A DNA stretch of 63,040 bases, the filler included, from Sphacelaria rigidula (Eukaryota), in the NCBI GenBank assembly GCA_964200075.2. It is 7 parts of 7 records of this genome, joined end to end, with 100 filler letters (N's around TTAATTAATTAA, not from the genome) between each part and the next. Parts side by side here need not be neighbours in the genome. Positions count along the whole stretch, not along the records: positions 45,103 to 54,021 come from CAXNAA020009753.1; positions 54,122 to 63,040 come from CAXNAA020009754.1; 5 more parts are not named here. The stretch is one strand, 5' to 3'. A model generated the notes under the pieces. It was not told the origin of the DNA and did not search any database. It worked only from the letters and a program-made list of their open reading frames with translations. The translations under genes were made by a program, and so were the position numbers. Shown here in pieces: positions 49,900 to 62,523 of this stretch (position 1 is the first letter of the stretch; the number at the start of each line of letters is the position of its first letter).

Positions 49900-50059
49900 A
49901 AACTTAACATTTGATAAATAGCTGTGAAAACACAAGATATTTACCAGCAAGATATTTACAGGTTGATGCCATACTCCGATTGCAACCTAGCACGAACGCC
50001 GAGGTCCAGGCCCATACTACGCAACTCTACCCACAAGAATAGCGTATCATACTCCCATA

Positions 50060-53000
50060 TTTTTGCCAACGGCCCCCGGGTGCTTTCATCGTGATCAAAT
50101 CCGACTCATTCTACTTTGCCGTTTATACCATCCCCGGTAGGATTCTCATCAACGCCCACCAAATACTTCGCTGTTGTTCACGCCTTAACCGTGCCGGCCG
50201 TCCGCGCCTCTCGCTTGATCGCACGATTAGAGACGATCGGCTTCGTCCGACGCGGCGCCGACGTCATGTTCTCCACCAGCAAGCGTCGCAGAGGTTCCAC
50301 TACCTCCGCCAGTCGCGGCAACCGCAACCAAATGACCGCTTGCAAAAATTGCTTCAGCTCCCCTACCGGGTAAGGACTCCGCATGTCCGCCACGTCTTGC
50401 AGGCGCCCGGAATCATTGGCTACTTGTCGACCAGAGCACACCTGGTCGCACCAATGCATCTTGTTGTCAAAGGAACAACACGTGTGCTCAGCGGCGAAAA
50501 TACCCTTGGCCTCTATGGTATTCAGTAGATACGTTTCGTCAACTCCCCACCATGTCGTGGACCCAAACTGTACAGTTCAATCCATGCAAAATGTCCACCA
50601 CCGCCGCTTGAGAGTATCTTGTGGAGTTCAGCAGCCCTTGCGGGACGCGCGTAGGCATAAGCAACCCTTCCGGTGTGACGATCGTAAAGAGTTCACGCGC
50701 GCTTTCCTTCAACGGCGTCTGCCAATACCCTTGCAGAAGATCAATTTTGCCGAAACAACGCGCGCCTTTCAGCACCGGCACCTGCGCCTCCTGGGTGAGC
50801 ACCACGTTCGGGACCTTCTCACATTGAAGATTAACGGTACTATAGTCGCTAACCAAACGATACTCTTCCCACAATACCCGGCTTGAGCATCACCACAGCT
50901 GGACTCGCCCAAACTACTTGCATAGTTTGAAGCACCATCCCCATTGCCAGCAGAGCCGCCATGCACTCAGACAGAAACGTAGATTTGACGGGGGAGTACA
51001 CGCGCCTTCGCCTTGACCGGACGCGTACCCGGTTTGAGAGTCACTTTCATCGCCTCGAATTTTGCAGGAGGATCATCCCAGAGCGCCCACCAGAACAAAT
51101 CGAGACGCCGCCCAAGGATCTGTGAGGCGCGTCGCACCCGCCGCCGGCATTCCGTTATCCGCGGCCTGGTAAACCGCGGATTCCAGGTCTACCGCCCGCT
51201 GGACCTTCTTTTCCTCCGGGGCGATGAACATGCTGGGTCCCCAGGACAATGCTCGAGCCATAGTCTCATCAAGCCAAGCTACCGGTTCCTATTCGACAAT
51301 ATGCTGCAGCGCCTTTACCGTCACAGCAAGACGCCGGCATTTACTTAACGCCCGATTCTTCACCCCCTCCACGAAGGCGGTAGCTTTCTGACGTGCACGG
51401 GCAGCAAGACTGTCGTACACGTCGATCACTGATTTCTTCAGAGTAGCGCCACCCAAAATAATCATTTCATCCTTGCCAGGCATCACCGCAACTCAGAACG
51501 GTTCCAGCACCACCGGACCGTACGCGACACCAGCCGCAATGGGCATGTCGTCTGTGTGGTGAACACCAAACTGTCATCCGCCGGTTGAACACAGTGCGTA
51601 CCCTCCCTTGGCTGCGTGACGGCAATCCTGGAATACACGCCTGCAGCTTGCGCACGACTAGCTGCGACAAAGGAGATAGATCAGACCCGGAGTCCAACAC
51701 TGCCCGCACCAGGCACATCGTAGACTCGGCTGCGTCTGGCACAGACAAATCAGCCAGGTGTCATGTGCCGCCGCAATCCACGTCGACACTCTCCGTTTTC
51801 CGGGGCGTGATCCCATGAGCGATCTAAGATCTCCACGCCGGGACCGTCGTAGCTTCGGATGACGCAGTTGTCCTTGTAGCAGGAACAGGTGGCGTGGAAA
51901 GCGCCGCGGCCACCCATCGCCTGTACTGTGATTCGTCTCCTCCGAAAACACGGCCCGGCCTTGGACGAACGAATGCACGCTTTGCTGTTGATCCCCGCGC
52001 TGCGGCTGGCGAACGGACGCCGTTGGCGCGTGGCCCGCCTGCGCCTGAGGTCGCGCCTGCGACTGATCGGATCCTCGCGCTGTGGCTGCAGGCTTTACAC
52101 CCAAACTTCTCAGTCGACACCTACAGACAGTCACGTTCGTCACCTCCAGCACGTCGGTCCTTTTTCTGTTGCGAGTCCCCGGCTCGCGCTTCTTTGATGG
52201 GTGCCGCCAACACCACGAGCGCCCCCGCGCGCCTAGGGCCTCGGTGAGCCTTTTCACCCTTGCGCCAGTTAGCTGCTGCCTCACACATCGTGTGCAACAC
52301 CAAGTCAGGGTCATGTTTCCAGTTGCCCCGCATTTTTAAGGAGCACTCTATCGTCGACTTGATCATCGGGGAGAAATGCTATTGACCGGAGAGTTTGTGA
52401 TGGTCTGCGCAGGGTCCGACAGCGATGTATCCCGCGACCTCCGAAAAAGTGCGGCCACATTTCGGCTTTCGGCCAGATAGAACTCCAGCACGCTGTGGAG
52501 CGCATCAACTGGCGCGGACGCCAAAACTCCATGCTGCATGGTAGCTGCCCGGGCGACGCCCACTGCAGCGACAGTAGGATCACGCTTATTTTCTTCTGTA
52601 ATCCCCGCATGTTGTGAGATACCTGCTCTACGTTGTGTCTCCAATAAGTCCTACTGCCGGCGAACAACTTGCACGCAGGGTATTTCCTTATGTGTTTTGG
52701 CATCAATTCTGGCATCGTTGTTGCCTGTCGCGTTAACGCCTGTTCAGCGTTGCCGAGTTTCACGATGCGTTCGTATTCTTCATATTGCAAATGGAAATAT
52801 CGTGACGAGCGTAATGCGTGAGAGGACCGCGTGCTTAGAGGACCGTATCGGAATTTGAACGTCCCTATGGTTAGGGTTAGGATTAGGGTTAGTGTAAGGG
52901 TAATGGTCAGGGGCGTGGTACCTCCAGGGACTGACCCGATTGGTTTTGAATAAAGTCGATCCTGAGGTGTTTTGAACTACGGCGCGGTCCTCGAAGCACA

Positions 53001-53200
53001 CGGTCCTCTCACGCATTACAACGAGGATTGCGACATAATCTTGCCATACTCAGGCGGTTCTTGTGTAGAGCCTAGAGCGACCTTACTCACACCCACCCGC
53101 TGCTGATTTTCGTCTTCACGTGCAGGGCCACCTGTACTTCGGCTTCGCCCTGACATGATGCTTGTTGTTGTTATCACAGTTCCTCTCGCCGCAATCGCAG
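50060..53200 (-). mobile_element. Decayed Ty3/Gypsy LTR retrotransposon internal region (gag-protease-RT), many frameshifts
   Basis: Protease VRAVLDSGSDLS (~51700). RT YRLVSDY..VN...FGKIDLLQGYWQTPL..SARELFTIVTPEGL..PTRVPQGL.NS...VWVHDM (50539-50874). Post-RT ELKQFLQAVIWLR..LAEVVEPLRRLL (50178-50459). Confidence 0.9.
52810..53020. mobile_element. 211-bp MITE nested in the Gypsy gag region; ~35-bp TIRs, 5-bp TSD ACGAG, internal TTAGGG-like repeats
   Basis: gtaatgcgtgagaggaccg-gtgctt-gaggaccg and cggtcctcgaagcacacggtcctctcacgcattac. acgag on both sides. Internal ggttagggttaggattagggttag. Confidence 0.8.
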
Positions 53201-54021
53201 CAGACTTTCGCACCGACTTTGATGCGAAGTACGTACTCAGTCTACTGTACAGCTGAAAACCTCCGAGCGATCTTTGCTGAGATCCAGGTTAACTATAACT
53301 AGTTACTATGAATCCCGCGCTTGTTATTCTCTGAGGAGCCCCCTTGTTAGTTCCATAACCTCAGAGATGTAGGACTGTTGGATAACACACCACACCGCTC
53401 TTCGCTTATTTAGGACTGACCTCGACGAGGCATCAACATCGTCGTCGAAGTTCCGCTGCATTGCTCTTTACGCATGGAAACGACACTTTCTGTAAACCAA
53501 TCGTATACAACCTTGTAAGGACCGCAATATTTTTGTGTCCTACATACTTCCACAGTGCTCATGTTAGTCACTTGTTAAACGCATTGTCGGGGCGCCCATC
53601 ACTTCACAGCAGTATGGATCATGTTCGTACATGAACATATGTACTTTTTTCCCGAAATGCGGGCGGGGGAGATTGATAGGGGTGTTCCATTTGTCCTGCT
53701 GAGGTGCCCTTGGGACAAATCTAGGTAGATCCGATGCAAAAGAGTACAGCCATTATTACACTCTACAGTCTTTTCACAGAAGTCAAATGGGCCACGATGA
53801 TACGAGAACCTCGAAAGAGCAAGAGAAGACTATAGGGAGCATACAGAATGAATAGGGTTGCACGATGAACGGGCTGTTGTTGTAGAAAAGGCGTTCCCCT
53901 GGAAGAGTACAATTTACACAGGACTAATAGATGCTCCTGGGGCTACGTCCGAGCACACATCTGGCCACTCAAAATTGATTCAGAGTCGTGCTTTGGTAGA
54001 ATGTGTTGGAAATATGCAAGA

Positions 54022-54121
54022 NNNNNNNNNNNNNNNNNNNNNNNNNNNNNNNNNNNNNNNNNNNNTTAATTAATTAANNNNNNNNNNNNNNNNNNNNNNN
54101 NNNNNNNNNNNNNNNNNNNNN
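54022..54121. other. Artificial contig linker
   Basis: Same N44-TTAATTAATTAA-N44 structure. Confidence 0.97.
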
Positions 54122-54189
54122 ACGAAGATTTTAATCCTCCGGGTTCTCATCCTCAATCAATAGCACCATCCTCAATATAGATGATTGGC

Positions 54190-54977
54190 TGTTCTAGGGC
54201 ATAATTGACAAAACTCGGTGGGTTATGTTTTTTTCATTTATTTTTTCGCTGGTTTAGGGCGTTTTTGTATGAAAAAGACCATTTCTTTACGAGAACGCCC
54301 TGATTTCCATTAAAAAAAATGAAGGCCGATTTTTTTTTAATTCGACACACCTTCGTGGTTCTCCATGCTAAGTTTCAGATGACAATTCTAAAAATTGAGC
54401 TTAAACATTGAGATAAGGGCTAAGAGCAATGATCATTTCTCCTCAAATCTCCACTAGGAACACGAAAAAAATGAAGAACGATTAAAAAAATAACAAGCTG
54501 TTTTTTCATGTTAATATGCACTAGTGGTTCACCACACGAAATTTCATGGAACAACTCTCAAAAACAGACGCGATATCCAGATTAAGGGCATCTAGTGCCT
54601 CTGCTCGTAATATATTGATTTGAATATGGAAACGTATGTGTGCCATATCTCGAGATGAACAACGAATTCGGTGAAGTTGAGGGTATCTTTCATCTCCACG
54701 TGCTCTAGGGAAGGCACCAAAAAATCGTCATCATCCGCTGCATGTATCGTTCGGGGTTTCATGTGGATTTTAGTGTCGACGCTGTCTCCGTAGGGTATAG
54801 GAATTACTACACATAGGGTTTAATCAAAGAGAAAATATTGGCCCAGCTTTTTAGCAGATAGCACCTTTCCCTTGATTAAACGATCAATACGATACGCGGA
54901 TCACGGCCCAACCCGCCCGTGTCGATAAGATATTGCTTTCAGAGCCCAAATCCGTTTTCAGGCTGGCCCAGCTCGTA
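54190..54977. mobile_element. Second copy (opposite orientation) of the 41561-42771 DNA element, ending in the TIR ggctggcccagctcgTA
   Basis: Reverse-complement similarity to 41650-42300. TIR identical to 16954-16969. Confidence 0.7.
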
Positions 54978-55741
54978 CGGGTAATAGCTATGTGTGGTTG
55001 CAAAACTTCGCGCAACTGTCTGTAGTACAGTACAGTAGTCGTGTACAAACAACTTCCAAGTTTCATCTGAAAAAGATGCGTATCTCATCAATTGCAGCAG
55101 CAATCACCGCCCTGAAACTGCGCGACTACACAAATAGTCCACTAAATAGTCACTGTTTGATTTGGGAGTGAAAAGTAGGTCATTTGTCTGAGTTGCACTT
55201 CCACTTTTGGGGCATCTGAATGTGCGATTCAAATATTTAATTCTTTGAATTTTCTTCATTCACCGCGATGTTCCATGCGCAGGTCCCGCGAGCAACAGTA
55301 AACAAGAGCATAGGGGACGGTCATGCGTCTCTACCTGAAAACCCAGCACAGGCACGAGATATCCCCCGCTGGAAGTCGCGATGCATACCGTATCAAAGCC
55401 ATGCCGGGAAAGCATGAACAGCACCTCAACATACCAAAGATGCTGAAACACAACGGATAGTACTGCACCCGTCTGTACGCGAGTAAACTGTACTTGCTGT
55501 CTGTACTATGGCGATTGACCATCTTTTGGGTGTAGTTGCTGGACTTGATGGCGTGTCAACCAAAACTCCGAAAGCGTTTTAGAGACGCTTTATCGAAACA
55601 AAAACGTAAAACACCGGCATATCCCTACGCAGGTGGATCGGTAGCATCACCATCTCTGCACACTCTGATTCTTCACAGTACACCCCCATTCTATGGTAAG
55701 CACTCCTTGCAAAACGCGAATAACTCCGCGTCATAACTCAC

Positions 55742-56045
55742 CGGGAGAACACGCCCACGCTCGGCTGGACCTAAACAAAGCGGCCATATCAACAGACCTC
55801 AACCACGCCAGAATGTTGCCGAGTACCTCGTTTGCAAGGGGCCTATCGCCAGCTGCCGGGAACAATGGCCGTAACGCTATCTTATCACCATCATCCGCCT
55901 TTACCACTGTCACCGAGGAAAGCCGCGTAGGTGTTTGTGTGATTGAGGACTTGCTACTGCTTTTGGCGTCGCGGGCGTTCTCTGGCGAAGTTGTGTTCGT
56001 ACATACAACGGTCCAGCTGGTGTTGACTTCATCGCAAGCAGGCAT
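55742..56045 (-). CDS. Exon of an F-box-like protein (divergent from the carrier gene)
   Basis: ORF ends PLANEVLGNILAWLRSVDMAALFRSSRAW (F-box-like L..EVL..IL..L...DL......SR.W), followed by a CCG|gtgagt donor. Confidence 0.55.
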
Positions 56046-56810
56046 GTGTCCCTCAACACCCGAAGATCAAAGTGCGCCGGTTGCCCAGGCCCCCGCTGTC
56101 TCCAGCGAGCCACAGTCCCTGCACAGCTTCTGCTGCTGCTGCTTCTACCACCGTATCTGCTGACGTTGAAGCGAACTGTGATGGTACAGCCCTGTGGCCC
56201 GCGGCCAGGGCGCTGAAAGCTGCTAATGTTGACGCTAATGAACTCCGCTGATGAAGCGGACTCGGTGTGTGTTTTACTACTGCACAGATGTGCTGTGACG
56301 CCTTCCCTTCGCAGTTGTTTTGTGTCCCCGTTTGATGCACGCACGTTGATTCTCGGAATCTTAGAGAGGGCGTTATCGACTGCTGAATATATCGAGCACT
56401 CTGTATGTAAGTTTTGTCGCTACGTGCCTTGATTTACGTCACGTGTCGGAGTAGCAGCTGACCTGCTGCTACGCTACCTCCGTTAGCCAAGCTTGCTGTT
56501 GTGGTTTACGAATCTAAGTTCTTGGGTGAGTTCTTGGATAAAAGTGCGTATAAGTAGTCATTTGCTAGTAATGTTCGCGTACTCTTTTGGTCATGCTACT
56601 CTCATGACATGAGGCAACGGAAACACACGTCGTCCTGCGGTTTTTTCTGCACCGCGCAACCTACAGGACCCACGGCTGCGAACGAAAAGTAGACAAGTAG
56701 GGAAGCATTTGCGCACAATCTGGAGCTGACACCAGATTCATCACTTGATACTGTTCTCTCAGTCAAATCCAACATTCGAATAGCTGCTTCTCGAGGCCAC
56801 GTGTAGAGTC

Positions 56811-58036
56811 ATGCGTCGTCCACAGCCGCTCGAAGAACTGGAGACATCACGATGGCCTAGCTCTTCCAGTAACTCGCCCAAAGGCAGTCGACGCCGCGTA
56901 TCGATGGAATCAGCTAAGAACAATCACCTGCGAGGCTCGGGAATGACCGTCGTAGCCGCATGGTGTCTGTTGTTGTGGTGCGTGGGCTCTCCTACCGGCC
57001 GAGCGTCCACGTCAACGGGTGGACCAACTCAGGGTACGTTTCCTCTGAGGGGCACAACGGCGATCAACGAAGCACCGCTCATGAACCATTTCACTGCCCG
57101 CCGACGGGGCGAGTGCCCCACCGACAAGGTAAACGGTAGATCTTCATGCTTTGATGGCAATGCTGACTCACGGGATACCAAGGAGAAGAAAGTGGTGACA
57201 AGCAAGCGAAGAAATGTTGGAGTGAGTGGTGGAGCTGGGTCGGGTCGTGAAGATACCACAGCGAAAATTGAACGTTCCGGTCCAAGTGCAAGTGCAACGA
57301 CCAACACCCGACACCACTCCGAGTATCACAGCCCCCGACCTGCTCTCTCAGCATGGTTGCAGCTACATCGCGGGGACAGTGCTCCAGGCAGCAAGATCGT
57401 AGGCGAAGACGATCCGAAGGCGGATAGGCACGGACGGCGCAAACGCAGCTCTCGCAAGGCCCGGCAATTGGCAGAAGCGGGCCAACAAGACGGTTTGTCG
57501 GCCAGGACTGCAGCCATGATCAAGACTATCACCCGCGGTCCATCAGCGCTTCAATCCGGGGCATCCGCGTTCGCCGCGTCTGTGGCTGCTGCGGCGCAGA
57601 AGTCGCAGTCAAACGAACGTTTGGACGAGATGAAAGGGCTGTTACCTCCGAAGTCGTATCTGCTCTGGCCGTCCAGCGTGAGCAACACGGGGGATCGCGA
57701 AGTCAAGCTGACAGGACGACGGAGTAGGCAAACGTCAGTGGACGGAGGGGGACTAACGCGGAAAACCAACGTCGAAGAAGGCGTGGAAGAAATTGCGAGG
57801 AAACGACAAGGCTCGCTGCCCTCGGTGAAAAAGTCCAGGGACGGTGCGGAGCACGCGAGTTGTTTGACGTTCAAGCAGGCCATGTTCGCAGGGGCTGTCA
57901 GCCGGAGCATTGCGCAAACATGCATGCAACCGGCGAATGTAGTAAAAACGCTGCTGCAGGGCCGTGGGACCTCGAAGCAACTCTCCAACCTGTCGTTCAG
58001 TTTATTGACCCGAGGAGCAGGCGCGCAGTTCACAAT
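56811..58036 (+). CDS. Mitochondrial carrier family (SLC25) protein, exon 1 with a long N-terminal extension
   Basis: 408-codon open frame ending FKQAMFAGAVSRSIAQTCMQPANVVKTLLQ...LTRGAGAQFT, donor AT|gtacgt. The true start could be a downstream Met. Confidence 0.82.
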
Positions 58037-58387
58037 GTACGTCTCTCGTGTACAGAGCGCTGGAATGAAGTCAGTTGCAGGTTCCCTTTGCACACGTTTT
58101 GTCTGGCACAGGTGGAGTTTCACGGCCGAATTCGCACCATCCTGCAGCGTTCTCTAGCAGGGGGCATGTCGGATCACATTTGGTTTCATGGGATAGCTTT
58201 ACAGTACGCTGCCTATACAATTGCTGACAAGGGAAGGTGTGTTGCTGCAGGCGTGGACCCCCCCTACAGTTGTTTTAGGTATTAGCGTTGTACCATAATT
58301 TCGCCCCGAGCTCTCTTCCGACGTACCCCCCCCACATTCCGCTGCTGCCGCATGATAATCGTTCCTCGCGTATTTCCCACCCCGCAG

Positions 58388-58427
58388 GTCCCTTCCGCAT
58401 GGAGCCTTCAACTACGCAACTTTAGAG
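58388..58427 (+). CDS. Mitochondrial carrier, exon 2
   Basis: ccgcag|G TCC...GAG|gtgcag; (M)SLPHGAFNYATLE, phase-compatible. Confidence 0.82.
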
Positions 58428-59156
58428 GTGCAGTACTCGTCTCCAAGCCCTGTCGGTTACTGAATCTTCTCCTTAACTTCCGCCGTGTGAGCCACAGTCT
58501 AGCTTCGGTAGCAGTAGTCGTTGATGTGTCGACTTGATCGTGCAGATTTGCTGCTCTCGAAGGGATCGCAGCGTTTGGTTGTCGTTTACATACTTGCGGG
58601 TGAATGAGGGAGGCTCCTCCTTGCAGTGACCTGCGGTTATCCACGGAGCCTTCGAGAGTTGTCCATATTGCACCCTGTGAACTGTGATGTAACGGGGTAA
58701 AAATACCGCAGCAGCCGGAACACGAAATCCTTACTGGACCACTGTATAGCTGGATTCTGTCGGGAAGCCACTGTTGCCCCCTTGTGCTTTCATCATTTGG
58801 ACTCTGGATCACGGAGGAGTTCCCTTCTATTTTCATCGACCGGGCGACAATGCAAAGGCCAGCACGACCTAGCAAGTTGTCCGGCTTTTAACACTTGTAT
58901 TTCGCTACTTGTATCCACGACTGCACTGGCCTGCACTGGTCACCGGCCCCCCTATGACGACGCCACCAGTCACAGAACAGGAGACGGGTAGTTACGAGAG
59001 TAGTAAAATGAACCAGGGTCCAGGGTGCTGTTTGTCTCGCGGGAGAGAGGGTTGATGGAGTCACAGAAAAGGTCGTGTGAGCAGCTTATGATTTTGGCTC
59101 ATGCATAATAGTATTGTATTGTAGACATTCGAAATTTGTTCCGCCATTTCGTCCAG

Positions 59157-59295
59157 GTGATTTTGGGGTGCACAAACAAGATATTCCCGGCCGAGTGGAG
59201 AGAGAAAGCCGGACCCGCGCTGGACTTTTTCTCTTCGAGCGTGGCAACTCTCGTGTGCTCCGTGGTCAGCACGCCTCAAATGGTCATCACTGACC
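59157..59295 (+). CDS. Mitochondrial carrier, exon 3
   Basis: gtccag|GTG...GAC C|gtgagt; VILGCTNKIFPAEWREKAGPALDFFSSSVATLVCSVVSTPQMVITD. Confidence 0.85.
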
Positions 59296-59696
59296 GTGAG
59301 TGTTCCTGCTGCTGTGGCAACACGATTGGTATATCTACGTTGTATGCATGGTGGTTGAAGGTTTCCCATGATGCTCAGTATGTATCTTTGGGCGTAAAGG
59401 CATTCCGACTGTTGCACTGATATTCGGCATTTTTTTTAGTCGAACTCGTGGGTGTTGTTTGGTGCGCGTTTCGAAACTGTTCTTATTTACAGTTTTGCTA
59501 TTATGGTGTAACTCCGATTTTCGTGTAGCCCATTCTTTCTTGCGCTCCCTTGGCGTCCATAACCGCATATTGTACTTGGTTTTACCCTGAGATACAAGTC
59601 ATGTCGCAGTAGTGTGCGACTTACGTTCGTCCGCTGCATGGTGATGTGTCGACCGCTTGATGATGTAGGACTGTTTCCTTCCCTGCGTGTTCGCAG

Positions 59697-59820
59697 GCAT
59701 CATGGCGGGCATGTACCCTAACTTGATTAGCGGTGTGAGGGAGATCGCGCAAACGTCGGGGCTAAAAGGATTCTACACGGGATGGAGCGCAAACGTTGCG
59801 CAGAAAATTCCGAGTTACGG
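59697..59820 (+). CDS. Mitochondrial carrier, exon 4
   Basis: tcgcag|GC ATC...TAC GG|gtgagt; RIMAGMYPNLISGVREIAQTSGLKGFYTGWSANVAQKIPSYG. Confidence 0.88.
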
Positions 59821-60430
59821 GTGAGTAACTGATTACATTCTTTTTTTGCTTGATGTGTTTGTGTACTCATCTTCGACTGCAAAACGCTTCCTAGTCTCGC
59901 GCTGCCTCTGGTATCCCATGCACCGCGCGCATTTCAACGCGACAGCGCTGATGTAAGTTGTATGCCCCTGCAGCATCTGCATTTGTAGGCGAACAGTAAC
60001 GAGTTAATATAGTGTGGAGTATTGTTTTGGGGGGTCCCGGCGCACGGTGAGCACCGCTTGGCCCAATCCGTTGCGAGCTGCGACCCATGCGTATGTCACA
60101 GTTCTGGACTGACGTGTTTGTGTCATGGTTTCGGTCGCTGACCGTTGATGAGCCCTGCATTCCTTCCTGAGAGAATGATCGGTCATATTAGTAAAAGACT
60201 GTGCCACAGCTAGCAAGGCATCTCCTCTGCATTAGCATGCATCTGGCCTTGTGTCAATCTGCATCTATCCCTGGATCGTGCGACCAGCTAGCCCTTTGAC
60301 GGTTCCAGCTCCCAACCATCGCCGAATCTTTACCCTGTGGTGTCCCCCATATTCGTCTTTGACAGCGTGCCATCCCTCCGTGACCCGTTGGTTCACGTCG
60401 TTTCGTTGGGCCTGTGTGTTGTGAACGCAG

Positions 60431-60547
60431 GCTTACGTGGGTCTTCTTCCAGCAGTTCAAACGGTTGCATCGGAAAATAGCTGATCGTACTCCCACCAAC
60501 ACAGAAAACTTCGGTCTGGGAGCAGCGGCGGCGGGCGCTACCGTGTG
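60431..60547 (+). CDS. Mitochondrial carrier, exon 5
   Basis: acgcag|G CTT...GTG TG|gtaaga; LTWVFFQQFKRLHRKIADRTPTNTENFGLGAAAAGATV. Confidence 0.85.
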
Positions 60548-61869
60548 GTAAGACACGAGATCCTTACTTATATCTTTGGGCGTTACTTACTTGAGCCTTT
60601 TTAGAATAAGAGGAATATACCCCGGGAAAACGATCATTTTTTCTCCCCGAGCCCGTAGAGTGTTAGAGCTGGAAGTTGTCAGGGAAAGCGGATATTCCAA
60701 GGGAAACCGCTAATCGATTGTTGCTCAGATCTCCCGTCGGAATGCTTCAGTGCGTGCCACCCTCGTCGCCTTTTTCAACACCCTGAACAATAACCTCTTC
60801 CTCCGATCCAGAACTCTGTATCACTCCTTGCCCTTTCCGTCCACCTCGCGCGAGTCCAAAAGGATGAGGGTGAAAGCCCCGTTCGACTCACCCACCTTGT
60901 AGTGTACAACTTCCCAAGTGTGATGCCAACATTCCTGCAGGAAATAAAAACGTGTATCGGGGGATTCCTTGATACTTTGTGTGTAAGCCCGGGTATTGCT
61001 CACCCGTTGTCATCGTGACTCCAAAACGTCGACTGAAGCACTTGTGTGCTGTGCACGTGATCTACTACAAGAGCCGATCCTAGCAAGGGAGGCCAAACAG
61101 TGTCTCTGTTGTTTTTGCTGTAGGTTTCAGCATTGGGACCTGATATTCTTGGGAGAGAGACGAATCGAATATCTAGAGGCAGGCTTCCACATCCACCTTG
61201 GCGTTTGTGCTTCTTTTTCAATCCGTTTGACTGAATTTCTCGACTAAATAGTTGTTATGCCCCGGGATACACCTAAATGAACGGAAACGAAGGCCGTAAC
61301 GCAGTCGACAGGCTCCTCACCTCAAACATTCAGGTTGTAACTGTTGATGATCCCAGCAAAAGATTCGAGATGTGGTCATCCCTCAAAGCTTGGAACAGTC
61401 GTACTAGGTATATCCTTGGACAAGATATCCCCTTGTATTCATTTCGGCAACAGCTTGTGAACGGCAACGAGTTGAGACTCGAAGTAGGTACCGTTGTTCT
61501 CACCACGGTGCCAGCAGATGCGCATACACCGTGTTCTTCGGACAGCCGAGCAAGACCTTAGTGTTGTTGACTTTTGTGCCAAGTCGTTCCCTAACCTCCT
61601 CCAAAAAGTGTCTCGAATTATGAATGTACCCGAACGCGACGCACTTGGGGGTGGTTGTGTGGTTACCTGGAGCCTCATTCTTGTATTGACGGTTTGCCGC
61701 GGTTCTCGCGCTTTACCTAGGAGGACAACTTTCTGGTCTCATTCGGGTGGGACCGGCCTGCAAAGCACGCTTCACAACCATTTTATCGCTCCCACAAACA
61801 TCCCGTAAAACCTTGGTGGTTCTTTGACATGACTACCTGTTGAAACAGGAAATGTTCTGTATATATGCA

Positions 61870-62175
61870 GCCACGCCCCGGTGGTGTAATGGTCCGACTG
61901 TCCCCATCTGGGTGGAGAAAACGGGGGTTCGATTCCCGAAGCGTTGGGTTTTTGCTTCGAAGTATATCTAATTTTCACCGTCGAACGCGTGAAAACGTGA
62001 GTAAACTAAGTAGTCGACTAAGTTTGTTTGACGTGAGTTGACGGTGTGCGGTAGTGCTGACGCCACCCGCGAGACCAAAATGCGAGGCGTGTACCCGGGA
62101 GAGATGGGTTAATCCTTTGGGACCACGGAGGAGACCACGGAGGAAGGGGAGGGCTTCAAAGTGCGACGAATAAAT
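61870..62175 (+). mobile_element. tRNA-derived SINE family B (full length, intronic)
   Basis: A and B boxes plus the shared body. Ends aaagtgcgacgaataaatt. Confidence 0.8.
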
Positions 62176-62339
62176 TAAAGAATGAAAGAAATCATGTATT
62201 TTCCGATGAGTCGCTCGATGAGTATCTGTAAAAAGACGTCCATTCTGCTAGCAACCTCGTCCCCTTCGCCCATTCTGTTTCCACCCACCTCTTGCGCTGC
62301 TGCTTCTGCTGCTCTGGTGGCCCCATGAAATGGCGACAG

Positions 62340-62523
62340 CATCATGATCCCGATGGACACTGTGAAGACGCGACTGGTGACCCAAACGGTGCAGGCGGGG
62401 GTGGCGCCGTATCGGGGTGTCGTTGCGACTCTGTTCCGGGTCATCAAGGAGGAAGGGGTGGGGTCTGTGTATCGTGCACTCACGCCAAGACTAGTCAGCG
62501 TTGTTCCGATGATTGGCATCCAG
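62340..62523 (+). CDS. Mitochondrial carrier, exon 6
   Basis: cgacag|C ATC...CAG|gtgcgt; IMIPMDTVKTRLVTQ...YRGVVATLFRVIKEEGVGSVYRALTPRL with the canonical P-x-D-x-x-K-x-R signature. Confidence 0.92.

Noticed and set aside
53220-53470. 5' LTR/PBS of the Gypsy element
   Set aside because: No second LTR copy in the contig and no convincing tRNA-complementary PBS.
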